Positions 1 through 9,874 of a stretch of 64,000 nt of DNA are shown piece after piece. A model generated the notes under the pieces. That model was not told the DNA's origin. It saw nothing but the letters and a program-made list of their open reading frames with translations, and ran no database searches. A program made the translations under genes and the position numbers. How positions within the stretch are numbered: the stretch's first letter is position 1; every line of letters begins with the position of its first letter. The DNA lies in assembly GCA_035543515.1 (NCBI GenBank), contig DATKJS010000124.1:8968-72967 (forward strand), in the 5' to 3' direction. The stretch comes from Terriglobales bacterium (lineage in GTDB: Bacteria; Acidobacteriota; Aminicenantia; Aminicenantales; Saccharicenantaceae).

Positions 1-491
1 ACCGTCGTCTCCTGGAGCTTGCCGTAGACCTTGGCCTTGCCCTTTCCCTCCCACTCATCGATCTTGTTGGTGCCGGTGATGGTCAGGGGGGCGTAGGCGT
101 CGCGGGCCTTGACGTCGACGAAGTCCTCGAAGGTCACCTCCTGGCTCCGGGTGTAGACCGTCGAATACGCGCCGGCCGTCTTGACCTCGACCGTGTCGGC
201 CCGGAAGATCGAGGGCTTGTCGGCCAGGAGCTCGCCCTTGACCCGGATGTCCTTGCCGATCAGGCTCGAGGCGTCATAGCCCTGGAGGACGATATCGAAG
301 CCCTGGGCCGTGGGCAGGTAGAGGTATTTCCCGACGGCCGTCTTGACCGTCCCCTCGAACTCGTTGGCCGCCTTCTGGGTCTCGACGGCCGCGGCCTTCT
401 CGACTTTCTTCCGGCAGGCCGTCGTCGCGGCCACCGTGACGACGAGACCGAAGCTCAAAATGACAATGCCGATCTTTCTCGCGGAACTCAT
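1..491 (-). CDS. Hypothetical lipoprotein; the window keeps the N-terminal ~163 aa and the C-terminus lies beyond position 1
   Basis: The minus-strand ATG at 491-489 follows a GGAGGGA Shine-Dalgarno. The protein begins MSSARKIGIVILSFGLVVTVAATTAC, a signal peptide with a lipobox-like Cys. The frame stays open to the window edge and is absent from the ORF track because it is truncated there. Confidence 0.5.
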   Translation of the reverse strand, partial: MSSARKIGIVILSFGLVVTVAATTACRKKVEKAAAVETQKAANEFEGTVKTAVGKYLYLPTAQGFDIVLQGYDASSLIGKDIRVKGELLADKPSIFRADTVEVKTAGAYSTVYTRSQEVTFEDFVDVKARDAYAPLTITGTNKIDEWEGKGKAKVYGKLQETT

Positions 492-702
492 GACTCGTCC
501 CTCCATGCGTTGCTCGGACATCGCTCCACTCTCGGAGGAGGAAAGCGCTCCTGCGGCCGGGAAAAACCTTCCCGGGCAAGTATCAGTTTATACCACCGCC
601 GCCGGAAAAAGTAAAGCGAAAAAGAGGGGGGATGATCCCTTCGGAGGATCCGGTTTCCGCCGCGTCGCACTGTCGGCGGGAAAGCGTCGGAAGGGCGCAA
701 GA

Positions 703-752
703 AAGGGGGTGGAAAAAGAGGACTGTCCCCAAGGAGGGGGACAGTCCCTCGT
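703..752 (-). terminator. Rho-independent terminator after the FecR-like gene
   Basis: A perfect 12-bp stem GGACTGTCCCCC / GGGGGACAGTCC with an AAGGA loop sits 15 nt after the stop at 766. It is followed on the minus strand by TCTTTTTCC. Confidence 0.55.
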
Positions 753-765
753 GATCTAATCGGTT

Positions 766-3024
766 TCAGCCTTTCCGGCGGACGCTCGAATGCCCGGAGG
801 ATGAGGACGACCTGGAGGAGGCCGAAGAGTGCGAACCCGAGGAGCCGCTCGACCGGGGAGCGCTGTAGGACCGCCCGGAAGAGCCGCCCGACCGCGGCGC
901 GGCGTAGGACCGGCCGGATGAGGAATTGGAGCGTGACGGCGCCGAGTAAGAATAGGAGCCTCGGGATTGAAAGGGGGAGGAATAGGAGCGGGGGACGCCG
1001 TAGGACCGGCCGGACGAATAGTTCGGTCCTGAAGAGGGCGACGTGCTCGGCCGGGAATAGGAGTAGGAGCGGGCGTCATACCTCGGCGCCTGGCTGTACG
1101 ACCGGGAGGGGGAGGTCGAAGGCAAGGTGGTGCTTCTCGAGCCCGTCGAATAGGACTGGCGCGGCTGGCTGCTCGAGTATTCCCTGACCGTCCGCGAGCC
1201 GGAGCCGGCCCCGGCGCTGATCCGCGAGGGGTACGTTCGGGCGTAGAGCGAGGCGTCCGGTCGGAACTCCCGGCCCGACGACGCGGATGAGGACCGGGGG
1301 CTCACGGACGGAGCCTCACGGCCCGCCGCAGAGGCGTAGTGCCTGACCTTCTCGGCGGGCTTGGCCTCGGTGCCGGACGGCTTGGACGCGCTGCCGCCCG
1401 AGCGCTCGACGGCCCGGGGAGGAGCGGCGCTCGGGGAGGGCGCGGCGCCGCGCGTGGACGGGCTGACCCGGGCGGACGAGTCGCCCTGCCTGGCGCCGGC
1501 CGATCGCGCGCCCGATCCCTGGCCGGAGGCCGGCGAGGTCGAGCGTCCCGGATAGACGCGGATCGACCGCTCCGAGGATTGGCCGGGCCGAGCGGCCGAG
1601 CCGTTGGCCTGAGACCGGCTGGGGGCGACGCTGTTCCGATCGAGGGAGCGGGCGCCGTTCATGCTTCTGGACGGCGAGCCCGCGTCGCTCTGCCTCAGCC
1701 GCGAGGCGGAGACGCCGCCGCCGGGAGCGAAATTCTTGGCCTCGCCCCGGATGCCGGCGTGGTTGGCGAAAATCCTCTGCACTTCGGGGGATTGGAGAGT
1801 CGAGCGTCCAACGCCCGGCCGGAAGCCGGGCTGCCGGTCCTGGAGGGAGACCCGGTCGAGGCGGCCGAGTTCGCCGCCGCGGAGCATGTTGTGCCCCAGG
1901 TTCGAGTCCTGGAGCCGGTCCCTGCGGATGATGTTCATGGCCCGGTTGTCATGCGGGTAGAAGGGTTCGCGGTAGCGGTCGTAGAACCTGCCGCCCCAGA
2001 TGACCGCGGGCCGGTTGTACCAGGTCAGCGGACACCAGCCGATGTAATCGTTGTCCCACCACCAGTTGACCCAGGCCGGGCCGAAGTCCCAGTGGGGGAT
2101 CCAGTACCAGCCGAGGCCGAAGCGCCACTGCCATCGGCCGTAGTGGTAGACGGACCAGCCCCAGGGCTCGGAGGAGATCCAGTTCCAGCCGAGGCCCGGG
2201 TACCAGTCCCAGCGGCCGTACATGTAGGGCCGCCAACCGTCGCCCACGCCGTAGGGGCTCCACACGTAGCCGTAGGGCTGTTCATAAGTCCATTGTCCGT
2301 TCTGGTCGAGCTCTTCCTGGTATTCGTCGATCTGGGAGGGAAGACGGCTCGTCGTGCTCCTCTGCGCGAAGAGGGCGTCCCGGGAGGCGTTCCACTGGTC
2401 GAAGGCGTCGTTGCGGGTGGTGGAATAGGCCGGCTCGCCGAGCAGGCGCCCGTCCTCGGCGGCCAGGGATTCCCGGGCGTGGACGACGACGGAGCCCGCC
2501 TCGCCGGCGGCTTCGAGACTGCCCTCGGAGACGCGGACCTCGGTCTGGCCGTTGGCGACGACGTTGATGCGGTAGAGGCCGTCATCAAGGACGTAGCAGG
2601 ACATGTCGGGGGAATGGACCTCGAAGGCCTTCTCGCCCGAGAGGCTGCTCACGCGCAGGTAGGCGCTGCCCTCGAGGACATGGATCTTAACATGGTCGTC
2701 CCCCTCGGTGGGCAGGACGGCGAATTCGACCTTGGTGTTCTCGGCCAGCCGGAGGAAGTTCCGGCGCCCGAAGTCGACCTCGGCCTGGCCGGCGCCCGTG
2801 CCGAGCGTGTCCCCTTGGACGAGGGCCAGGTTCACCTCGACTTTTTCGGTGCCGAGGCCCGCCGTCCTCTGAACGAAGACATCGCCCTGGACGTAGGTCA
2901 CCCGGGCGTAACTCGCGGCGTAATACGAGTTCGGGGCGCCCGGAGTGTCGTCCGGGGACTGGGCCGCAAGTCCGAGCGGAATGGATACGAGGAAAGCCAT
3001 CGCCAGGATCGCTGCTTTCTTCAT
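766..3024 (-). CDS. Secreted FecR-domain protein with a Trp-rich repeat domain and a ~330-aa Ser/Arg/Tyr-rich low-complexity C-terminal tail
   Basis: The likely start is ATG at 3024 (MKKAAILAMAFLVSIPLGLAA signal peptide) with a GGAGGGGAG Shine-Dalgarno; the track ORF start at 3105 is an upstream extension. A FecR-like beta segment follows (GDVFVQRTAG...VQGDTLGTGAGQAEVDF...LRLAENTKVEF). Next comes a W/G/Y-rich block (WDWYPGLGWNWISSEPWGWSVYHYGRWQWRFGLGWYWIPHWDFGPAWVNWWWDNDYIGW). The protein ends in tandem imperfect repeats of the SGRSYSAPRS type. Confidence 0.75.
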   Translation of the reverse strand: MKKAAILAMAFLVSIPLGLAAQSPDDTPGAPNSYYAASYARVTYVQGDVFVQRTAGLGTEKVEVNLALVQGDTLGTGAGQAEVDFGRRNFLRLAENTKVEFAVLPTEGDDHVKIHVLEGSAYLRVSSLSGEKAFEVHSPDMSCYVLDDGLYRINVVANGQTEVRVSEGSLEAAGEAGSVVVHARESLAAEDGRLLGEPAYSTTRNDAFDQWNASRDALFAQRSTTSRLPSQIDEYQEELDQNGQWTYEQPYGYVWSPYGVGDGWRPYMYGRWDWYPGLGWNWISSEPWGWSVYHYGRWQWRFGLGWYWIPHWDFGPAWVNWWWDNDYIGWCPLTWYNRPAVIWGGRFYDRYREPFYPHDNRAMNIIRRDRLQDSNLGHNMLRGGELGRLDRVSLQDRQPGFRPGVGRSTLQSPEVQRIFANHAGIRGEAKNFAPGGGVSASRLRQSDAGSPSRSMNGARSLDRNSVAPSRSQANGSAARPGQSSERSIRVYPGRSTSPASGQGSGARSAGARQGDSSARVSPSTRGAAPSPSAAPPRAVERSGGSASKPSGTEAKPAEKVRHYASAAGREAPSVSPRSSSASSGREFRPDASLYARTYPSRISAGAGSGSRTVREYSSSQPRQSYSTGSRSTTLPSTSPSRSYSQAPRYDARSYSYSRPSTSPSSGPNYSSGRSYGVPRSYSSPFQSRGSYSYSAPSRSNSSSGRSYAAPRSGGSSGRSYSAPRSSGSSGSHSSASSRSSSSSGHSSVRRKG

Positions 3025-3281
3025 CTTCGTTCTCCTTCCGCTCCCCTCCATTGCAACTCCCGTGCCATCTTGGTCTTCCCTGAAGGAACAGCAGAACCGT
3101 CCCAAAAAGAGGACGGCTCCCCTATAAAAGAAAGAAAGAGGGACAGTGCCCTCCGGGGGCAGTCTCTCTTACTAAGCCGGGCAGAAAATAACTGTCTTCG
3201 GATTTTTCTATCGCCCGGCCGGTATTCAGGAAGCAGTAAGGATCATGTAATATACTTACGGCTCCCGTAGTAACAATTTGC

Positions 3282-3896
3282 TCAGAAGCGATACCAGAAA
3301 AAGGGATGCCGCCAGCGCCAGGCGCCGGCGCGCGTCCGCCAGCCCCAGGCCGCCCTCGCGCGAAAGCCCGGCCCCATCCCCCAGCCGCCCCTGAGTCCCA
3401 TGATGCGGCCCATGCCGGGACGGAAGGAGCCGGCGCGCCCCGCAAAAGTCCCCCGGAAGGCCTTCATCTTCTGCAGCTGCTCGGGGGTGAAGATCCTCTC
3501 GAAGTCGCCGCGGGCGCGGAAGGCCGCCTTTTCGTGGTCGGCGCGGAGCTTCGATATCGAGTCGATGAATTCGTCAATCCTGGCCGCGTTGGCCTTGGGG
3601 TCCTTGGCTAGGTCCCGCATTTCCGCCCGCATCTTCACCATCTGGTCGCGAAAGGCCTGTCGGTCCTTCATCCGCGCCTCCCGGAACTCGCGGATCTGCT
3701 TCTCCTGGTCCGGGGTGATGCCGAGGTCCCTGATCATGTCCCGCGGTCTCGCGGGGACCTGGGCTCCGGGCTGGGCCTGTGGCTGATCCTGGGGGGCCGG
3801 CTGTTCCTGGGCCCCGGCTGCGGCGGGCCAGAGGGCGGCGACGAACGCGGCCGCCAGGACAAGGGCCCCGAGCCCTTTGACGTGCGTCTTGTTCAT
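3282..3896 (-). CDS. Spy/CpxP-family (LTxxQ motif) periplasmic protein with a Gly/Trp/Arg-rich C-terminal tail
   Basis: Start at 3896 (MNKTHVKGLGALVLAAAFVAALWPAAAGAQE signal peptide) with a GGAGTGA Shine-Dalgarno. Two helical LTxxQ-like units are present (LGITPDQEKQIREFRE and IFTPEQLQKMKAFR). The C-terminus reads GGWGMGPGFRARAAWGWRTRAGAWRWRHPFFWYRF. Confidence 0.7.
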   Translation of the reverse strand: MNKTHVKGLGALVLAAAFVAALWPAAAGAQEQPAPQDQPQAQPGAQVPARPRDMIRDLGITPDQEKQIREFREARMKDRQAFRDQMVKMRAEMRDLAKDPKANAARIDEFIDSISKLRADHEKAAFRARGDFERIFTPEQLQKMKAFRGTFAGRAGSFRPGMGRIMGLRGGWGMGPGFRARAAWGWRTRAGAWRWRHPFFWYRF

Positions 3897-3973
3897 GGTG
3901 TCACTCCTTGTTCTCTGCGACACTCTCTTAGACAGCGGCGCCCGGGAAAACCTTTGCGGCGGGGCGGGCGGCC

Positions 3974-4948
<975 letters not shown>

Positions 4949-4973
4949 CGCCGTTGTCCTTTATCCCGAATTC

Positions 4974-6488
4974 TCACCCATTACCCGCCCGGCCGACCGT
5001 CGCCGCCGCCATCAGCGCGGCCGGGTCCCAGTCCCGCGTCTCCCGCACGTCGATGAGAGCGCCTCGATGAAAGACGGCGATCCGGTCGCAGACGCCGAGC
5101 AGCTCGGGGAAATAGGAGCTGACGAAGAGGACGGACTTGCCGTCCCGGGCGAGCTCGCCGATCCACTCGTAGATCTGGGCCTTGCTGACGACGTCGATGC
5201 CCCGGGTCGGTTCGTCGAGGAGGAGGACTTCGGCCTGCTGGTGGAGGAGCCGGGCCAGGGCCACCTTCTGCTGGTTCCCGCCCGACAGGCCGAGGACCTT
5301 CTGGAGCGGGCCGCGGGCCTTGATCTTGAGCCGGGCGATCCAGTCGCCGGCCGCCTTCTCCTGCCGGCCGAGCCGGAGGAGCCCGAAGCGCAGGTAGGGC
5401 GCGTAGCGGCTGAGGGTGATGTTGTCGGCGAGGGACAGCGACAGGGCCAGCCCCTCGCCCGTGCGATCCTCGCTGAGGAGGCCGAAGCCCTGGCCGATGC
5501 GGACCCAGGGCGCGGCCTTCCCCGTCTCGACGCCGGAGACGACGAGGGCGCCGCCCTCGAGCTCGTCGAGGCCGAACACGGTCCGCAGCATCTCCGTCCG
5601 GCCGGAGCCGACGAGGCCGGCGATGCCCAGGATCTCGCCCCGGTCCAGGGCCAGGCTGACCGGCGCCGCCATGCGTGTCCCTTTCAGCCCGTAGAGGGCG
5701 ACGACCGTCTCGCCCCGGCCGTGGGGGACGCGCGGAAACATCTCCTTGACCTCCTGGCCGACCATGAGCCGGATGAGGGCGTCGAGACCGGTCCCCTCCA
5801 TCGTCCCGGAGCCGACGTTGCGGCCGTCCCGCAGGACCGTGTAGCGGTCGGCGACCTTCTGGACCTCCTCCAGGAAATGGCTGATGTAGATGACGCTGAC
5901 GTCCTGCTCCTTGAGCCGGCGGACGATCTCGAACAGCCGCAGGCTGTCCTCCTGGGAAAGCGAGCTCGTCGGCTCGTCCATGACCAGGATCCGCGAGCGG
6001 GCCAGCAGGGCCCGGGCGATCTCGACGACCTGGCGGGCGCCGACGCCGAGCTTGCGGACCGGGACGTCGGGGGCGATCTCCGGGTGACGGACAAACTCCA
6101 GCGTCTCGCGGACCCGGGCCCGCATCGTCCGGCGGTCGAGCCAGCCCCCGGTGTTGACCTCGCGGCCGAGCATGATGTTCTCCTCGACCGTGAGGTGGGG
6201 GGCGAGGTTGAGCTCCTGGTAGATCATGGAGATGCCGCACCGCAGCCCGTCGAGCGGGCCGGACGGGGCGTAGGGGCGGCCCTCGAGGGTCATCCGGCCG
6301 GAATCGGGGGGAACGGCGCCGCTCAGGACCTTCATCATCGTACTCTTGCCGGCGCCGTTCTCGCCGATGAGGGCATGGACCTCGCCGCGCCGCAGGTCGA
6401 AGCTCACGTCACCGAGGGCTCGCGTGGCCCCGTAGGCCTTCGAAACCCGCTCCATACGGAGGACCGGCGGGGCGCTCGGGTCGGACAT
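4974..6488 (-). CDS. Sugar ABC transporter ATP-binding protein with two fused ATPase domains (RbsA/MglA-type)
   Basis: Walker A GENGAGKST and a second nucleotide-binding domain are present in a ~504-aa protein, the typical duplicated sugar-importer ATPase. Confidence 0.9.
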   Translation of the reverse strand: MSDPSAPPVLRMERVSKAYGATRALGDVSFDLRRGEVHALIGENGAGKSTMMKVLSGAVPPDSGRMTLEGRPYAPSGPLDGLRCGISMIYQELNLAPHLTVEENIMLGREVNTGGWLDRRTMRARVRETLEFVRHPEIAPDVPVRKLGVGARQVVEIARALLARSRILVMDEPTSSLSQEDSLRLFEIVRRLKEQDVSVIYISHFLEEVQKVADRYTVLRDGRNVGSGTMEGTGLDALIRLMVGQEVKEMFPRVPHGRGETVVALYGLKGTRMAAPVSLALDRGEILGIAGLVGSGRTEMLRTVFGLDELEGGALVVSGVETGKAAPWVRIGQGFGLLSEDRTGEGLALSLSLADNITLSRYAPYLRFGLLRLGRQEKAAGDWIARLKIKARGPLQKVLGLSGGNQQKVALARLLHQQAEVLLLDEPTRGIDVVSKAQIYEWIGELARDGKSVLFVSSYFPELLGVCDRIAVFHRGALIDVRETRDWDPAALMAAATVGRAGNG

Positions 6489-7492
6489 CAGCGGCCGAGG
6501 TATTTCGAGAAGTCGGGCTCGAGAAGGGCCTTGACCTCCGGGCTGCCCATGTTCTCGGCCGTGACCAGGACGACGCCCGTGTCGATGACCTTGGGGACGG
6601 CCTGACCGCGGAGATGGGCGACCATGGTCTTGACGCCGAGGTAGCCCATCTTCATCGGGTTCTGGAGGACGAGCCCGAGGATATCGCCGTCGCGCAGCCC
6701 CTGGACGAGCTTGGGGGAGCTGTCAAAGCCCACGAACTTGACCTTGCCGGCCAGCCGGGCCTCCTGCAGGGCCCGCAGGACGCCGAACGTGCTCGACTCG
6801 TTCGGGGCGAAAATGCCTTCGACGTCCGGGAAGCGGCTGAGGAGGTTCTCGGCCAGCTGGTAGGCCGTCTCGGTCGTCGCCCCGGCGTACTGGTCCTGGA
6901 CGAGGAGCGACAGGCCGGAGAACTCCTTTTTCACCGTGTCGAGGAAGCCCGCCTCGCGCTGGGTCGTGCTGGCCGATCCCTCCTGGTAGCGGATGAGGAA
7001 GATCCGGCCCTTGCCGCCCATCAGGCCGCCGAGCCGGCGGGCGCCGAGGACGCCGCCCTGGTAATTGTCGGTCGCAACGTAGCTCACGTAATCGCTCCCC
7101 TGGAGGCCGGAGTCGATGATGACGACCGGGATTTTCTCCAGTACGGCGTCCTGGACCGGCCGCATGAGCGCCCGGTCGTCGAGCGGGGCGAGGACGATGC
7201 CGTCGACGCCCCGGCTAATGAAGTCCTCGACGACGGTGATCTGCTGGGCCCGGTCGTCCTCCTTCTGGGGGCCCTTCCAGATGACCTCGACGCCGAGCTC
7301 CCGTTCGGCCTGGACAGCCCCGGCGTGGATCGACTTCCAGAACTCGTGGGTCGTGCCCTTGGGGATGACGGCGATCTGGAGCTTCTTGGCCGCCCGGGCC
7401 GCCGGGGATCCGGGGCCCTTGCGGCCGCAGGCCGGGGCCAGGAGCGCCAGGCAGAGGGCGGCCGTGAGGATGCGGAGCGATTTCGCGTTCAT
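6488..7492 (-). CDS. Periplasmic sugar-binding protein (RbsB/LacI-family fold), lipoprotein
   Basis: Start at 7492 (MNAKSLRILTAALCLALLAPACG signal and lipobox). The sequence KKLQIAVIPKGTTHEFWKSIHAGA...GVDGIVLAPLDD is typical of periplasmic binding protein family 1. Its stop overlaps the ATPase start. Confidence 0.85.
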   Translation of the reverse strand: MNAKSLRILTAALCLALLAPACGRKGPGSPAARAAKKLQIAVIPKGTTHEFWKSIHAGAVQAERELGVEVIWKGPQKEDDRAQQITVVEDFISRGVDGIVLAPLDDRALMRPVQDAVLEKIPVVIIDSGLQGSDYVSYVATDNYQGGVLGARRLGGLMGGKGRIFLIRYQEGSASTTQREAGFLDTVKKEFSGLSLLVQDQYAGATTETAYQLAENLLSRFPDVEGIFAPNESSTFGVLRALQEARLAGKVKFVGFDSSPKLVQGLRDGDILGLVLQNPMKMGYLGVKTMVAHLRGQAVPKVIDTGVVLVTAENMGSPEVKALLEPDFSKYLGR

Positions 7493-7573
7493 GGCCAGAG
7501 TATACTCAGATGAGGACGGCCCGTCAAAGCCCGGCGGGGCGGGGACGGAACGGTGGGCGGGGAGAAAGGAAAA

Positions 7574-7660
7574 AAAGGGGAACCCCCTCCGCCGGGGCTT
7601 TCCCGGCAAGGCGGTTCCCCTTCGAAGACGGGGACGGTCGTCCCCGTTGTCGGTCCGGAA
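7574..7660 (-). terminator. Tandem hairpins and a U-run terminating the FadL/small-ORF transcript
   Basis: In minus-strand sense, the hairpin ACGGGGAC-GACC-GTCCCCGT is followed by the nested hairpin GGGGAACC...GCCGGG-aaagc-CCCGGC...GGTTCCCC and then TTTTTTT. Confidence 0.55.
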
Positions 7661-7669
7661 CGAAAGGCG

Positions 7670-7867
7670 TCAGGCCTTTTTCAGGATGGGCATCCCGGTC
7701 TTGGCCGTCTCCATGACCTTGTAGCCAGCGGGGACGGCATCCAGGGCCCCGGGCCGGATGTCGCGGGCGAAGTAGTAGATCGTCTGCTTCCGGCCGCCCT
7801 TCAGGTTGACGTCCTTGGAGTGCAGATAGTACCCGACCCCCTTGGAATTCTTGAATTGAAAAGCCAT
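7670..7867 (-). CDS. Small conserved-looking hypothetical protein (65 aa)
   Basis: A strong Shine-Dalgarno GGAGGTATCACTC precedes the ATG. The protein reads MAFQFKNSKGVGYYLHSKDVNLKGGRKQTIYYFARD and lies 26 nt downstream of the FadL gene on the same strand. Confidence 0.5.
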   Translation of the reverse strand: MAFQFKNSKGVGYYLHSKDVNLKGGRKQTIYYFARDIRPGALDAVPAGYKVMETAKTGMPILKKA

Positions 7868-7892
7868 GAGTGATACCTCCTAGTATTTTGGC

Positions 7893-9191
7893 TTAAAACT
7901 TGTAGCCGAAGTTGATGCCCAGCAGGAGGGCCTGCATCTTGTACAGGCCCTGGGCCGGGTTGATGGGACCGAACAGGCCGAAGATGTCGCCGTTCTCGCT
8001 CGTCCGGGCCATGAAGTGCTCGAAGTGGGCGCCGAGGTCGATGGTGAATTTGCCGATCGTGTAGCCGAGCCCGCCCTGGATCGCCCACCGGTCGCTGTCC
8101 GGCAGGTTCGGGTCCATGGTCGAGGTCGGCTGGGGCGTCTCGTCGAAGAAGCCGCCGAGCCGGAGGGCCAGCTTCTTCGTCGCCTGGTACGCGAAGCCCA
8201 TCCGGTAGCATTGGGAGTTCTTCCAGAGCTGGGGCGCGGTCAGGCTCTGGGCCGGATAGGGCGACGGGAAGGTGATGTCGGCGGTGTACGAATCGTAGCG
8301 CTTCCAGAAATAGGTGTGGACGTCGAAGGACCAGAGGAGCTTCGGCGTGATGTTGATGGCCAGTCCGAGGGTCAGGACGTCCGGGAACTTGAAGGTCGTC
8401 TTGACGTCCCCGGACGTCGGGACATAAGGCTGGAGGGGCGCCGGGACGAACTCGCTGTCCAGGGCGACCGTCCCGGAGTACTTGATGTTGAAATGGCTCC
8501 GGTAGCTCGCCCCGAGCGAGAAGCCCTTGCCCTTGTAGAGCAGGCCGGCGTTGAAGTTGAACGAGCTCCCGTTGGCCTTCAGGGCTGTCGGGACGTCGTA
8601 CGGCTCCCCTTCCCCGGGCGGCAGGGTGATGCTCTGGTAGAGGTCGAGCTTGAGGGTCGAGAAGATGTAGGAGCAGCCCAGGCCGAGCGAGAGGTTGTCG
8701 AGGAGCTTGATGGCGACGGCCGGGTTGACGAAGAACGTCTTCATGTCGTTGAAGTAGCCCAGGTAGGCCAGCGGGAAGGCCGGCGGCGAGTCGTTCGTCT
8801 TCTGCCACTTCGTGCCCAGGCCGAACGGGGCCATGAAGCCGATGCCGGCGGTGATGCGGTCTGAGAACTTGTGAGTGAAGTAGACGTTCGGGGGGGTGAA
8901 GACCTGGCTGACCTGCTTGATGGTCGGCGCGCCAGGATAATAGGGCATCGCGACCGAGCCCGACGGGATGATGAAGGTGGCGCCCAGCATGAGCTGCGTG
9001 CCGTCGACCCAGGCCAGCCCGGCCGGGTTGTGCCAGATGGCCGTGGGGTTGTTGGCCACGGCGGTGAAGGCCCCGCCCATGGCCATGGCGGCGGCGCCGT
9101 GCTCGTAGATGAGGAATCCCGCGCCGCGCGCCGCGGGCGCGGCCGCGACGAGCAGGACGGCGAGCGCAACCAGAATCGGCTTCGTCTTCAT
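7893..9191 (-). CDS. FadL/TodX-family outer-membrane hydrophobic-compound channel
   Basis: Start at 9191 (MKTKPILVALAVLLVAAAPAARGAG signal peptide) with a GGAGG Shine-Dalgarno. AFTAVANNPTAIWHNPAGLA is the FadL N-terminal hatch motif. The C-terminal ...GINFGYKF ends in Phe as in beta-barrel outer-membrane proteins. Confidence 0.85.
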   Translation of the reverse strand: MKTKPILVALAVLLVAAAPAARGAGFLIYEHGAAAMAMGGAFTAVANNPTAIWHNPAGLAWVDGTQLMLGATFIIPSGSVAMPYYPGAPTIKQVSQVFTPPNVYFTHKFSDRITAGIGFMAPFGLGTKWQKTNDSPPAFPLAYLGYFNDMKTFFVNPAVAIKLLDNLSLGLGCSYIFSTLKLDLYQSITLPPGEGEPYDVPTALKANGSSFNFNAGLLYKGKGFSLGASYRSHFNIKYSGTVALDSEFVPAPLQPYVPTSGDVKTTFKFPDVLTLGLAINITPKLLWSFDVHTYFWKRYDSYTADITFPSPYPAQSLTAPQLWKNSQCYRMGFAYQATKKLALRLGGFFDETPQPTSTMDPNLPDSDRWAIQGGLGYTIGKFTIDLGAHFEHFMARTSENGDIFGLFGPINPAQGLYKMQALLLGINFGYKF

Positions 9192-9278
9192 GCAAACCTC
9201 CTGGCGTTGTTCCATCGTGTCGGATCGCCGGACGCATCAATCGACGGCGTTCAGTCTCGGCTCCTCTGCCCTGGTCCA

Positions 9279-9306
9279 ACTATTATAGAAAATGCCCCCC
9301 CTTGTC
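9279..9306 (-). promoter_or_regulatory. Candidate sigma70 promoter for the fadL-like operon
   Basis: The reverse complement reads TTGACA-(15/16 nt)-TATAAT, with both hexamers matching consensus, about 90 nt upstream of the FadL start. Confidence 0.4.
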
Positions 9307-9338
9307 AAGGCCGGACGTCGCCGCCGCGGCCGCCGGCC

Positions 9339-9620
9339 CTATTGGAGGAAATTGACCGTCGGCGGGATGTCGGCGGGGACGATCGTCCCGAAGTTGTCCT
9401 CGTACCGCTTGATGTTGGCCTGAAGGGCTTCCACGAAGCGCTTGGCGTGGGCCGGGCTGAGGATGACCCGCGAGACGAGCTTGCCATAGGGGCCGTCGGG
9501 AAAGAGAAAGGCGAAATCGAAGATGAACTCTTCCCGGGAGTGGCGGATAGCGGCCAGGTTCGCGTATTGCCCCAGGGCGACGGGCTCGTCGACCTTGATC
9601 TCCAGCTTCTTCTCGTCCAT
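9339..9620 (-). CDS. Small hypothetical protein (93 aa), resembles the DUF3467 family
   Basis: A GGAGGGA Shine-Dalgarno precedes the ATG, and codon usage is compact. The family assignment comes from memory of the sequence pattern only. Confidence 0.55.
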   Translation of the reverse strand: MDEKKLEIKVDEPVALGQYANLAAIRHSREEFIFDFAFLFPDGPYGKLVSRVILSPAHAKRFVEALQANIKRYEDNFGTIVPADIPPTVNFLQ

Positions 9621-9874
9621 GGTCCCTCCTCGAACGGGGTGGGCCTATTGTGACCGAAGCGGGGGCGGAAAGCAAATCGAGCCGCGGGCCCCGGTTTTTT
9701 TTGCGGAAACGAAAATTTCCCTTTACTTTTGATTTCGCGGTGCTATAATAACATTGGCTTTCTTGGGCGGGCTGGAGAAAGCCCCCACCTTTTTGGTTCC
9801 CATCATCAACCCCCCTTTTGCTGACACAGCCCGCACCTCTTCCTCATATCCGGTATCTGAAATATCATCGTTGT

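Noticed and set aside
1339-3270. 643-aa ORF on the plus strand, opposite the FecR-like gene
   Set aside because: It is an antisense open frame typical of high-GC DNA, with Ala/Arg/Gly/Pro-dominated composition and no Shine-Dalgarno or domain signature. The opposite strand carries a well-supported gene.
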